This document shows positions 28,559 to 41,413 of a stretch of 64,000 bases of DNA, piece after piece. The DNA is taken from positions 5,824,001-5,888,000 of the forward strand of contig CP086569.2 of assembly GCA_009914755.4 (NCBI GenBank), in the 5' to 3' direction. Numbering within the stretch: position 1 is the stretch's first letter; each line of letters begins with the position of its first letter. The stretch comes from the human T2T-CHM13v2.0 reference genome, Homo sapiens. The position numbers were made by a program, and so were the translations under genes. The notes below the pieces were generated by a model that searched no databases, was not told the DNA's origin, and saw only the letters and a program-made list of their open reading frames with translations.

Positions 28559-29659
28559 TAATTATAATGTGAATTAAACAACTTAGTATATTGACCATTT
28601 GGGGATTTAAAAATAATAAAAGGAACATGAATAAAGTTCTCTACACTAAACCATTTAGAATACCAGTAATAAAAGATTTAAAATAAATATTTATGCAATG
28701 GAATATAACCTTCAGCAATTATTCTATGCAAAAAAAAAAAAAAAAAAAAAACAGGGCAAAATTAGAGCTTTTTCCAAAAAGTAAAGACAAACAGGCAACA
28801 AGCCTGAAAAAAACTATAATATTTTGTGTGGTTGGCTTGAATAAGAAATTGCATTTATTCCCCAGGACAAAAAAAAAAATCAATTACCAACCCTTAGCAT
28901 TCCCTCCCTGAGTTATCATACCTCATCCAATAAGTAAAAAAGATAAACCTTAGTCAGCATAATAAACTACTAGAGTCTCTCCTACTTTCATTGAAATTGG
29001 GACAAAAAAATAACCAGCAGATAATTTTTTGTTTTAAAGTTGATGTATTGCTATATTCTTGTTTTAATTTTTTAATGGTAACAATTTAACTTTTTACTGG
29101 TAAAATCTAATTTGAAAAGATATTTTTAACTGAAAAGCAAGGAAGGTAAATATATTCTGAAAAAATACACTAAGGCAAGAAAAAGTACATTTATATTAAT
29201 GAATAACCAACTTTTCTTCCCCCCAAAAAATGTATAATAAACACCAGTTCAGAATCTTGATTACCCCTGGTGTTAGATGGAGGGTAAGTATGAGGAATAG
29301 GAGAAGAAAGTGATTGCAATTGTGTAGGAGAATAGCAGCTTTCAACTGTTATTATGGAATTTTATTTTCTAAGCTAGTTACTGAGGTGTCATTTAATCAG
29401 TCTTTATAATTTTTAATGTCTTAAATATTTTAGAACAAATCTTTTACATTACATCTAAAGCAGTAGGGCCACAAATAACTTAAAAAGATTGTTTCCCTTT
29501 TCTCTTTCTACCTCTAAGGAAGGTTATGTCAAAACCACAATGCAAAAGCCAATGCATTTCTTATACGTATTGTTTGTAAAAATCACACACAGAATATACT
29601 TTGTCATTTCAGTGGCTATCAATTTATATGCTCAGCGTAGGTTATAAAAAATTAAATCA

Positions 29660-29958
29660 GGCTAGGCGCAGTGGCTCAGGCCTGTAATCCCAGCACTTTG
29701 GGAGGCTGAGGCAGGTGGATCACCTGAGATCAGGAGTTCGAGATCGGCCTAGTCAACATGGCTAAACCCCGTCTCTACTAAAAGTACAAAACTTAGCCGG
29801 GCATGGTGGCAGGTGCCTGTAATCCCAGCTACTCAGGAGGCTGAGGCAGGAGAATCACTTGAACTTGGGGGGTGGAGGTTGTAGTGAGCCAAGATTGCAC
29901 CACTGCACTCCAGCCTAGGTGATAAGAGTGAGACTTCATCTCAATTAAAAAAAAAAAA
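29660..29958 (+). mobile_element. Alu (AluS-like) with a roughly 25-nt pure poly(A) tail and 14-bp TSDs
   Basis: ggctaggcgcagtggctcaggcctgtaatcccagcactttgggaggctgaggcaggtggatcacctgagatcaggagttcgagat.... TSD aaaaaattaaatca sits at 29646-29659 and 29959-29972. Confidence 0.9.
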
Positions 29959-30664
29959 AAAAAATTAAATCAATCCTCTTTAGCCTGAAAGTTATTGCTC
30001 TTTTTACTAATGGTTTCAGAGCCTTATATTTCTATGACATTTCCTCTTTTGAGATGAGAAAATTTTAAAATACAAAGATTTTCTGAGAGAACTGTATTAA
30101 AATATGAGAAAGTTTTAATTGAACAGATGTTAAAATTATGGAAGGAATTGCCATCTGCTAGTATGTTTCACGCTCTTGTGAACATGTGAGAAATGCCTGC
30201 CTAACCCATATCTCATTCTTTTAGAAGTAGTTTCTATACCTCCAGCTGAATAAATTGTTCTTACTAGCTTATGCCCATCCTGCCCTTACGCCCCATAATA
30301 TAGTCAGGCCATCAGGATTCTTTTTCTACAACTTAAACTAATCAATTTAGAGATTGACAATCAGAAAATCTTTAAAACAACAAAAATGCAAATACTTAAA
30401 CCATATCCATTGATAGGCAGAAGGGAGATTTACATAGGGAAACAGGAGAAATGAGCAGATGTCAATAATAAACTGAGATAAAAGATCAAGTGGTCCAAAA
30501 AAGGGACAATAGCTAGGTTCCTTACGTATAAATATTCAGATAATACAAAGGCCTATTTTAAAGACATTGGCTAATGTTTTAAGTGATATTGGAAGCAAAT
30601 GAATGAGTTTTAGCAAGGATTTATATATGTAGACTTAGATTTAAAAAAATCACTTCAGCTTATA

Positions 30665-32406
<1,742 letters not shown>

Positions 32407-32421
32407 AGAACTTCCAGAATT
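32407..32421. repeat. TSD, left copy (agaacttccagaatt)
   Basis: Right copy agaacttctagaatt at 34232-34246. 14 of 15 match. Confidence 0.6.
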
Positions 32422-34231
32422 GGGTGAGTGACACAGAAGATGGGTGATTTCTGCATTTCCCACTGAGGTACCGGGTTCATCTCACTGGGGAGTGCTGGAC
32501 AGTGGGTGCAGGACAGTGGGTGCAGTGCACTGTGTGTTAACCGAAGCAAGGCAAGGCATAGCCTCACCCGGGAAGCTCAAGGGGTCAGGGAATTCACTTT
32601 CCTAGTCAAAGAAAGGGTTGACAGATGGCACCTGGAAAATTGGGTCACTCCCACCCTAATACTGCGCTTTTCCAATGGCTTAACAAATGGCACACCAGGA
32701 GATTATATTCTGCACCTGGTTTGTAGTGTCCTATGCCCACGGAGCCTTGGTCATTGCTAGCACAGCAGTCTGAGATCAAACTGCAAGGTGGCAGCGAGGC
32801 TGGGGGAAGGGCACCCGCCATTGCCCAGGCATGAGTAGGTAAACAAAGTGGCTGGGAAGCTTGAACTGGGTGGAGCCCAACAAAGCTCAAGGAGGCCTGC
32901 CTGCCTCTGTAGGCTCCACCTCTGGGGCAGGGCACAGACAAACAAAAGACAGCAATAACCTCTGCAGACTTAAATGTCCGTGTCTGACAACTTTGAAGAG
33001 AGTAGTGGTTCTCCCAGCAGGCAGCTTGAGATCTGAGAACAGGCAGACTTCCTCCTCAGGTGGGCCCCTGACCCACGAGTAGCCTAACTGGGAGGCACCC
33101 CCCAGTAGGGGCATACTGACACCTCATACAGCCAGGTACTCCTCTAAGACAAATCTTCCAGAGAAACGATCAGGTGGCAGCATTTGCAGTTCACCAATAT
33201 CCACTGTTCTGTAGCTACCGCTGCTGTTACCCAGGAAAACAGGGTCTGGAGTGGACCTCCAGCAAACTCCAACAGACCTGCAGCTGAGGGTCCTGACTGT
33301 TAGAAGGAAAACTAACAAACCAATGAACTCCAACAAATTTACAAGAAAAAAACAAACAACCCCATCAAAAAGTGGGCAAATGATATGAACAGACACTTCT
33401 CAAAAGAAGACATTTGTGCAGCCAAAAAACACATGAAAAAATGCTCATCATCATTGGCCATCAGAGAAATGCAAATCAAAACCACAATGAGATACCATCT
33501 CACACCAGTTAGAATGGCGATCATTAAAAAGTCAGGAAACAACAGGTGATGGAGAGGATGTGGAGAAATAGGAACACTTTTACACTGTTGGTGGGACTGT
33601 AAACTAGTTCAACCATTGTGGAAGTCAGTGTGGCAATTCCTCAGTGATCTAGAACTGAAAATACCATTTGACCCAGCCATCCCATTACTGGGTATATACC
33701 CAAAGAATTATAAATCATGCTGCTACAAAGACACATGCACACGTATGTTTACTGCGGCACTATTCACAATAGCAAAGACTTGGAACCAACACAAATGTCC
33801 AACAATGATAGACTGGATTAAGAAAATGTGGCACATAGACACCATGGAATACTATGCAGCCATAAAAAAGGACGAGTTCATGTCCTTTGTAGGGACATGG
33901 ATGAAGCTGGAAACCATCATTCTCAGCAAACTATCACAAGGACAAAAAACCAAACACCGCATGTTCTCACTCATAGGTGGGAATTGAACAATGAGAACAC
34001 ATGGACACAGGAAAGGGAACATGACACACCGGGGACTGTTGTGGGGTGGGAGGAGGGGGGAGGGATAGCATTAGGAGATATACCTAATGTTAAATGATGA
34101 GTTAATGGGTGCAGCACACCAACATGGCATATGTATACATATGTAACAAACCTGTACATTGTGCACATGTAGCCTAAAACTTAAAGTATAATAATAATAA
34201 AATAAAAAAATAAACTTATACCAAAAAATAA
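32422..34231 (+). mobile_element. L1PA element with a large internal deletion: 5'UTR (about nt 45-830) joined directly to the last ~0.9 kb (ORF2 C-terminus, 3'UTR, poly(A))
   Basis: 5'UTR reads gggtgagtgacacagaagatgggtgatttctgcatttcc.ctgaggtaccgggttcatctcactgggg......ctgttagaaggaaaactaacaaac. This is joined at about 33320 to caatgaactccaacaaatttacaagaaaaaaacaaacaaccccatcaaaaagtgggcaaa (ORF2 ...[20 protein letters not shown]). Track ORF 33616-33987 is the L1 ORF2 C-terminus. The A-rich tail ends at about 34231. Confidence 0.75.
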
Positions 34232-34246
34232 AGAACTTCTAGAATT

Positions 34247-35650
34247 AAAAAAAAAATTACTGAAGAAACTTCAAAATACAGTTGGAAGCTTTTACAACAG
34301 ACTAGACCAAGTAGAAGAGAGGATTTCAGAGCTTAAAGACTAAACTTTCAAATTAACATAGACAAAAATTAAAAAAAATAATTTCAATAAACAAAGTTTT
34401 CAGGAATATGGGATTATGCAAAACATTCATACCTATGACTTCTTGATATCTCTGAGAAAAAAAAAGAAAAATAAAGCAACTTGAACAACATATTTGAGAA
34501 AATAATCCAGGAAAAATGTCCAACTTTGCTAGAGAAGTCAACATCTGGATACAAGGTGTAGAAGAGAAAAGCAGCAAGATTCTGGAAGAGATAAACCACT
34601 GAGGAACTTAGAACTCTGTGGAAAGTGAAGGTAAGTGTGGTCTGCTCCCATCACTCTGGCAGCAATCTGCTGTCCAACTGTTGGAAAACCCCTATGCCCT
34701 TTCAATGCTGGGAAATGCTTTCAGTGGTGAGCACCTGTGGAAAACACCTATGAGATTCTACACAAGATGACCAACACCAAGGCATATAGTCATCAAACTA
34801 TCCAAGATCAGTATGAAAGAATAAATCTTAAAGGCAACAAGAGAAAATGGATAAATCACCAATAAAGGAAATTTTATCAGACTAACAAGAGGTCTCAGCA
34901 GAAACCTTACCACCCAGAAAAGATTGTGGACCTATTTTTAGCCTTCTTATGAAAAGAAAAATGCCAGCCAGGAATTACATATCCTGTGAAACTGATCTTT
35001 ATAAACGAAGGAGAAATGAAGTTCTTCCTGGATAAACAAACAAAAAGAGAATTTGTCATGATCAGACCAGGCTCCATTGAGTTATAAACAATGAAATAAA
35101 AGGATGGTACTTGCCAGCATAAATACACAAATTAGTACAACATTCACAGGTAATATAAATCAATTACACAATTGAGACTACAAAGTGTCTAGCTAAAAAC
35201 ACTATGACAGGAAAAAAAAAAACACCTCACATATCAGTGTTAACCTTGGACATGAATGGCCTAAATGCTCCACTCAAAAGACAACGTGAGATACAATTTA
35301 AAAAATAAGGCTTAACTTTCTTCTGTCTTCAGGTGATCCATCTCATGTGTAATGATAACCACAGGCCCAAAGTAGAGGGATGGATAAAGACCCCTAAGAC
35401 AAGTAATTGGAAAACCAAAAAGAGCAAGGGTTTCTATCTGATATCAGATAAAACAGACTTTAAACCAAAAAAAGTAAAAAAAGGCAAAGAATGTCATTAC
35501 ATAATGATAAAAGAGTCAATACAACCAGAAAATTTAATTATTCTAAATATATATGGACTCAACATTTGAGAATTCACATTTATAAAAGAATTACTGTTAG
35601 ACCTAAGAAAAGAGATAGACAGACATACAATAATAGTGTAAAAATTTAAT
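34247..35650 (+). mobile_element. Old L1 ORF1 and start of ORF2, truncated at about 35650
   Basis: ORF1p-like translation (...PRHIVIKLSKISMKE.ILKATRENG.ITNKGNFIRLT...; ...ISVNLGHEWPKCSTQKTT...; ...[40 protein letters not shown]). Contains the second copy of the 200-bp block, at 34550-34760. Confidence 0.55.
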
Positions 35651-36310
35651 TTTTACACTATTTTACACTAAAAATTAAATTTTTACTCATAAATTAAGAG
35701 AAGTAATCATTAAAGATATATAATACTAAAAGAAAAGAGTGAAATGAGAATGTATCTGTTTCATTACCGCAGCAACATGATATGGTTGCAGCTTTGGTTA
35801 TAATAAAATTTTAGTTGGAAAGGTCAACATGTGCAACACTTTAGAACTTTACCTTGTGTATATTTTTAATATTTTATAGTGAAATGTTTTGATGTTTTTT
35901 TGTAAAACAGTTACCTATTTTGTAGCTAATGATTTTTAATAATCTAGGCAAGTATTTAATAATCATTCACTCTAGGTTATTCATACAAAATCATTGTGCT
36001 TGAAAATGACCAATTTGACAGAAGAACAATAATTTTTGGCCATTTGTATCATTAGAAAATTTTAGCGGTTAATATAAATTTAATATTTTTCACATAGTTA
36101 TATAAAGAAGCATAATAATTTTTTAGTAACTCATATAATATGTCTAGTCATGTTGCTGGAATTCATGGAAGTATTAAATTGAACAATTTTGTTTTCTTCA
36201 GGAAATTTTCAGTCAATGCACAGTAAAAAATATCTAGGTGTAGTTTGATCTATTAATGATTACTTCTCCTAATTTAATTTTATGAGTTTGTATCAAATGT
36301 TAAGGAAGTT

Positions 36311-36335
36311 TGTGTGTGTGTGTGTGTGTGTGTGT
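36311..36335. repeat. (GT)n microsatellite, about 25 nt
   Basis: Read directly. Confidence 0.95.
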
Positions 36336-36520
36336 AAACTTTATGTGTGTTTCAAATACTGCAACTCTTGTTCTAAGAATACATGCACATACAACAGAAA
36401 TATCATTAATGCCATCTGAATTAACTTAGATATAAATTTTGTTGAATGCAGTGCTAAGAAAATAAGTAAAAGATGTATAATTTTAATTGGAAAAGATGCA
36501 GTAGCCAAATAAAACTGGTA

Positions 36521-38094
36521 TTAAGATAGGAGGTGGAGCAAGATGGCAGCATAGAAGGCTCCGCTGATCATCCCCCCAAAAGTACACAAATTTTACAAAA
36601 ATCTACACAAGCAAAGCAGCTTCATAAGAACTAAAAATTAGGTGAGCACTCACAGTACCTGCTTTTAACTTTGTATCACTAAAAGAGGCACTGAAGAGGT
36701 AGAAAAAAAATCTTGAATCACCAATGCCACACTTCCCTCATTCTCCAGTAGCAGCAGTGTGGTGCAGAGAGAGCATTTCTGTGTGCTGGAGGAGGAAGAG
36801 CCAGCAATTGTGAGGCACTAAACTCAGTGTCATCCTGTTAGAGCAGAAAGGAAAACTGGACCACATTCAGCTGAAGCCCACACACACAGAAAGCATTTAA
36901 GCCAGCCTTAGACAAAGGGAAATTGCCAATTCCAGCAGCCTGAACTTAAGTTCCCACAAACCTTGCCACTGTGAGTTCAAGTGCTCTGGGTCTCTAAGCA
37001 AACTTTAAGAGCTGTCTAGGCCACAAGACTGCAACTCTTAGGTGCATCCTAGTGCTGAACTGAGCCAAGAGACAGAGGACTAGGGGAGCACAAAATCTAT
37101 TGAGTCAGCAACTGGGCAGCTGAGAAAGTGCTGGCATAACCCTTTCCCTAACCCAAGGCTGAACAACTCACAGCTCCAAGAGAGGCATTCCTTCTGCTTG
37201 AGTAAAGGAGAGGGAAGACTGGGCAAGACTTTATCTTGCATATCAGATACCAGCTCATCCACAACAGGATAAGGCACTGGTCAGAGTCATGAGCCCCTGT
37301 TCCAGGCCCTAGCTCATAGCTGACATTTCTAGACACACCCTGTGCTAGAGGGGAACCTGCTGTCTTGAAGGGGAGTACCTAGTCTTGGCAGCAATCATCA
37401 CCTGCTAAATGAAGAGCCTTTGGGCCCTGAGAAACCAGTAGTAATATCAAATGTATACTATGAGGGGCTTGTATGAGCATTTAAGACTTGCTAGCTTTAG
37501 GTATCAGCTAAACTACAGGAACGTAGAACACCAAGCAGAATCTTTGGGTTCAAATTTGCAAGACTTGAACCTTGACTGGCATTTCTGGACCTGCCCTGGG
37601 CCAGAGGAGAGCCTACTGTCCTGAAGGGTAACTCCTAGACTAGGCAGCATTACTGTAGTGTGACTTAAATTCCTTGGGCCTTAAGGAAACATTGGAAGTA
37701 CTCTGACAGTATCTCTCATGGAATTTTGGTGGCAGTAGTGATGGGTGAAGCTCTTTTGCCTTTGGAAAATGGAGGGAAGAGTGAGAAGAACAGCATCTTG
37801 TAGTTTGAAAGCAAGCTCAGACACAGCAGAATAGAATATCAGATAGACTTCTAAGGCTTTTAAGTTTATTCTCTGACTCCCAGGTGGCACGTCTGGACCC
37901 ACCTGGGGACTGGGAAAACCTGCTGTTTTGAAGAAAAAAAAACCTACCTGGCTGGCTTTGCCACCTGCTGATTGTATAGCCTCATGCTCTTGAGTGAACA
38001 TAGGCAGTGGCCAGGGAGGGGTTACAACAGGCCTTGGTCTGTGCCCAATGTAGTGCTGGGTTCAAGTCTGACCCAGCACAATAATAGTAGTAGT
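36521..38094 (+). mobile_element. 5'UTR (first ~1.57 kb) of a near-full-length old L1 (L1PB/L1MA-type with a long 5'UTR)
   Basis: Starts ggaggtggagcaagatggcagcatagaaggctccgctgatcatcccccc. Homologous along its length to the reverse complement of 60600-62352. Confidence 0.65.
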
Positions 38095-38995
38095 GACTAA
38101 GGAGTTGTTTGTCAACCCTACTAAAAAGTGGGCAAAGGACATGAACAGACACTTTGCAAAACAAGACATACATGCAGCCAACAAGCATATGGAAAAAAGC
38201 TCAAAAGTACTGATCATTGGAGAAATGCAAATCCAAACCATAACGAGATACCATTTCAAACCAGTCAGAATGGCTATTTTTAAAAAAGTCAAAACATAAC
38301 AGATGCTAGTGAAGTTGTAGAGAAAAAGAAGCACTTTTATACTGTTAGTGGGAGTATAAATTAGTTCAACCACTGCAGAAGAAAGTGTGGTGATTCCACA
38401 AAGACCTATAACCAGAAATGCCACTGGACCCAGAAATCCCATTACTGGGTATATACACAAAGGAATATAAATGGTTCTATTATAAAGACACATGCATGTG
38501 TATGTTCATTGCAGCACTATTCACTATCGCAAAGATAGGAAATCAACCAAAATGTTCATCAATAATAGACTGGATAAAGGAAATGTGATACATATACACC
38601 ATGGAAGTCTATGCAGCAATAAAAAATAATAAGATTATGTTCTTTCCAGGGACATAGATGGATCTGGTGGTCATTATTCTTAACAAACAAACACAGGAAA
38701 AGAAAACAAAATACTGCATGATCTCTCTTGTAAGTGGAGCTAAATGATGAAAACACACGGACACATGGATGGGAACAATACACACTGGGGCCTATGAGAG
38801 GGTGGAGGGTGGGAGGAGGAAGAGAATCAGAAAAAATAACTAACGGTTACTAGGATTAATATCTGGGTGATAAAATAATGAGTAAAACAGAACCCCATGC
38901 CAAAAGTTTACCTACTTAACAAACCTGCACGTGTGCTACTGAACTTAAAATAAAAGTTAAAAAAAGAAGAAACAAACAAACAAACAAAAATCCAA
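38095..38995 (+). mobile_element. Nested old L1 3' fragment (ORF2 C-terminus, 3'UTR, poly(A)) inserted into the 5'UTR of the host L1, flanked by a 7-bp taaggag duplication
   Basis: ...NPTKKWAKDMNRHFAKQDIHAANKHMEKSSKVLIIGEMQIQTITRYHFKPVRMAIFKKV..., then an old-L1 3'UTR and an A-rich tail. The - strand homologous L1 copy (about 60560) is continuous across this point. taaggag is present on both sides. Confidence 0.55.
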
Positions 38996-40444
38996 AATAA
39001 GGAGAAGTTTGCATCAATCCACCCCCAGCTTTAAGTGGCTCAGAACTGAGAGAGAGACTCCATTTGTTTGGGTGAAAGAAAGGGAAGAGAACACTTGGTA
39101 ATCTAGAGAATTCTACTCTAGAGAATTCTCCCAAATCATGTCCAAAATGATCAAGGTGATACCTCTATGAGTGTGGAAGAACCACAGTGTTACTTTACTA
39201 GGGTTGCCATTAAAACAGATATAGCATAAATCACAATACCCAGTTTCTTTTGAATATTAAGAAATACTCTCTAAGAAGAATGGGTAGACACAAACACAGA
39301 CCATGAAGACTTCAATAGATACATAACACATCAATGCCCAGACACGGATGAACATCCACAAACATAAGGATGTTTCAGCAAAACATAACCTCACCAAATG
39401 AACTAAATAAGCCACCAGGGAATAATCCTGCAGAAACAGAGTTATGTGACCTTTCTGACAGAATTCAAAATAGCTGTGTTGAAGAAACTCAAAAAAATTC
39501 AAGATACCACAGAAAAAGAAATCAGAAATCTATCAGATAAATTTGAAAGAGATGGAAATAATTTTTAAAAATCAAGCAGAAATCCTGAAGCTGGAAAATA
39601 AAGTATACATACTGAAAGAATTCATCAGAGCCTTTTAATGGCACAATTGATCAAGCAGAAGAAAAAAAATAGTGAGAGTGAAGATAGGATATTTGCAAAT
39701 ACACGGGGGAGAGAAGAAAAGTAAGAAGCAATGAAGCACATCTACAGGATTCAGAAAATAGCCTCAAAATGACAAATCTCAGAGTTGGTGTCCTTAAAGA
39801 GGAGGTAGAGAGATAGGAGTGGAAAGTGTATTCAAAGGCATAATAACAAAAACTTCCCCAATCAACAGAAAGATACTTATATCCAAGTATAAGAAGATTA
39901 TAGAACAGCAAGCAGATTTAACCCAAAGAAGACTACCTCAAGGTCTTTAGTAATTAAACTTCTAGAGATCAAAGATAAAGAAATAGTTCTAAAAAAAAAA
40001 GGCAATAGAGCAAAAAAACTGAAATAAAATGGAGCTCCAATACGCCTGGCAGGAGAATTTTTATTAGAAATGTTAGAACGTTGTCACGTATTTAAAATGC
40101 TGAAGGAAAACAAAAAAAGCTTTTACTTTAGCATAGTATATCCAGTGAAAATATTATTTAAAAATGAAGAATAAATAAAGACTTTCCAAGACAAATGTCA
40201 ACTGAAAAATTTTATCAACACCAGACCTGACCTAAAAGAAGTGCTAAATGGAATACTTCAATCAGAAAGAAATGGATGTTAATGAGCAGTAAGTAATCAC
40301 TTGAAGGTAGAAAACTCACTGGTATTAGAAAGTACACAAAAAAACACAGAATATTATAACACTGTAACTGTGGTGTGCAAACTACTCTTATCCTAAATGA
40401 AAAGAGTAAATGATAAACCAACAAAAAATAATAACTAAAACAAC

Positions 40445-40795
40445 CTTTTTTTTTCAAAAAGTGGTATAGTATTGGACCATCATTTAAGTCTTTCAAAAGG
40501 ATACTGATTACATAAGTCATAATATACAATTGGCTATCCATTTCCATGGGTTCCACATCCACTGATTCAACCAACCACAAATGGAAAATATTTTAAAAAT
40601 AAGAATACAATAATAAAAATAATGCAAATTTTAAAACAATACAGTACAGCAATTATTTATATAGCACTTACATTGTTCTCATTTTTTTTTTATTCTGAAA
40701 ACATTTGTTGGGAGTGCCCTTGTGCCACATAGATTTTATTTTTCCAAAGATGGTTGCAGTTGTATCTTCCATTCCACATACTGTTCTAAAATGCA
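40445..40795. mobile_element. Unclassified interspersed-repeat fragment between ORF1 and ORF2 of the host L1. It resembles a DNA-transposon-derived repeat but I cannot name it.
   Basis: The motif gttccacatccactgattcaaccaaccacaaatggaaaatattt and ...aatacagtacagcaattatttatatagcacttacattgt resemble a common human repeat whose name I cannot confirm. It is not L1-like. Confidence 0.25.
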
Positions 40796-40798
40796 TTC

Positions 40799-41413
40799 TT
40801 TTTTTTTTTAATTATACTTTAAGTTTTAGGGTACATATGCACAACGTGCAGGTTTGTTACATATGTATACATGTGCCATGTTGGTGTGCTGCACCCATTA
40901 ACTCCTCATTTAACATTAGGTATATTTCCTAATGCTATCCCTTCCCCCTCCCCCCACCCCAAAACAGACCCTGGTGTGTGATGTTCCCCTTCCTGTGTCC
41001 ATGTGTTCTCACTGTTCAGTTCCCACCTATGAGTGAGAACATGCGGTGTTTGGTTTTTTGTCTTTGTGATAGTTTGCTGAGAATGATGGTTTCCAGCTTC
41101 ATCCACGTCCCTACAAAGGACATGAACTCATCCCTTTTTATGGCTGCATAGTATTCCATGGTGTATATGTGTCACATTTTCTTAATCCAGTCCATCATTG
41201 TTGGACATTTGGGTTGGTTCCAAGTCTTTGCTATTGTGAATAGTGCCGCAATAAACATACATGTGCATGTGTCTTTATAGCAGCATGATTTACAATCCTT
41301 TGGGTATATACCCAGTAATGGGATTGCTGGGTCAAATGGTATTTCTAGTTCTAGATCCCTGAGGAATCGCCACACTGACTTCCACAATGGTTGAACTAGT
41401 TTACAGTCCCACC
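40799..41413 (-). mobile_element. 5'-truncated L1PA 3' fragment (about 615 bp) nested in the old L1
   Basis: T-run at 40798-40809, then the reverse complement of the L1PA 3'UTR and ORF2 C-terminus (track ORF 41172-41438: ...[46 protein letters not shown]...FTIAKTWNQPKCP). Possible degenerate TSD ctaaaa..catt. Confidence 0.8.

Noticed and set aside
33616-33987. 123-aa + strand ORF (and the similar 1801-2169 - strand ORF)
   Set aside because: C-terminal 120 residues of L1 ORF2 (...IPFDPAIPLLGIYPK.YKSCCYKDTCT.MF.AALFTIAKTWNQ.KCPTMIDWIKKMWH...) in two different L1PA copies.
37080-37277. Homologous 65-66-aa ORFs at 37080-37277 (- strand) and 61592-61792 (+ strand), both starting MPYPVV.(D/E)LVS.MQ.KV; possible conserved antisense ORF in the old-L1 5'UTR, by analogy with L1 ORF0
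   Set aside because: Both lie antisense in homologous 5'UTRs of two copies of the same L1 family, so the similarity is shared ancestry. Identity is concentrated in the first ~30 residues and the C-terminal halves differ, which suggests a frameshift, so there is no sign of purifying selection. The family consensus would be needed to go further.
38062-38493. 143-aa - strand ORF
   Set aside because: Antisense reading through an old-L1 ORF2 C-terminal/3'UTR fragment. Hydrophobic, low-complexity, and with no homology I recognise.
40215-40580. 121-aa - strand ORF
   Set aside because: Antisense to the L1 ORF1 C-terminus and inter-ORF region plus the unclassified repeat at 40445-40795. AT-rich chance ORF.
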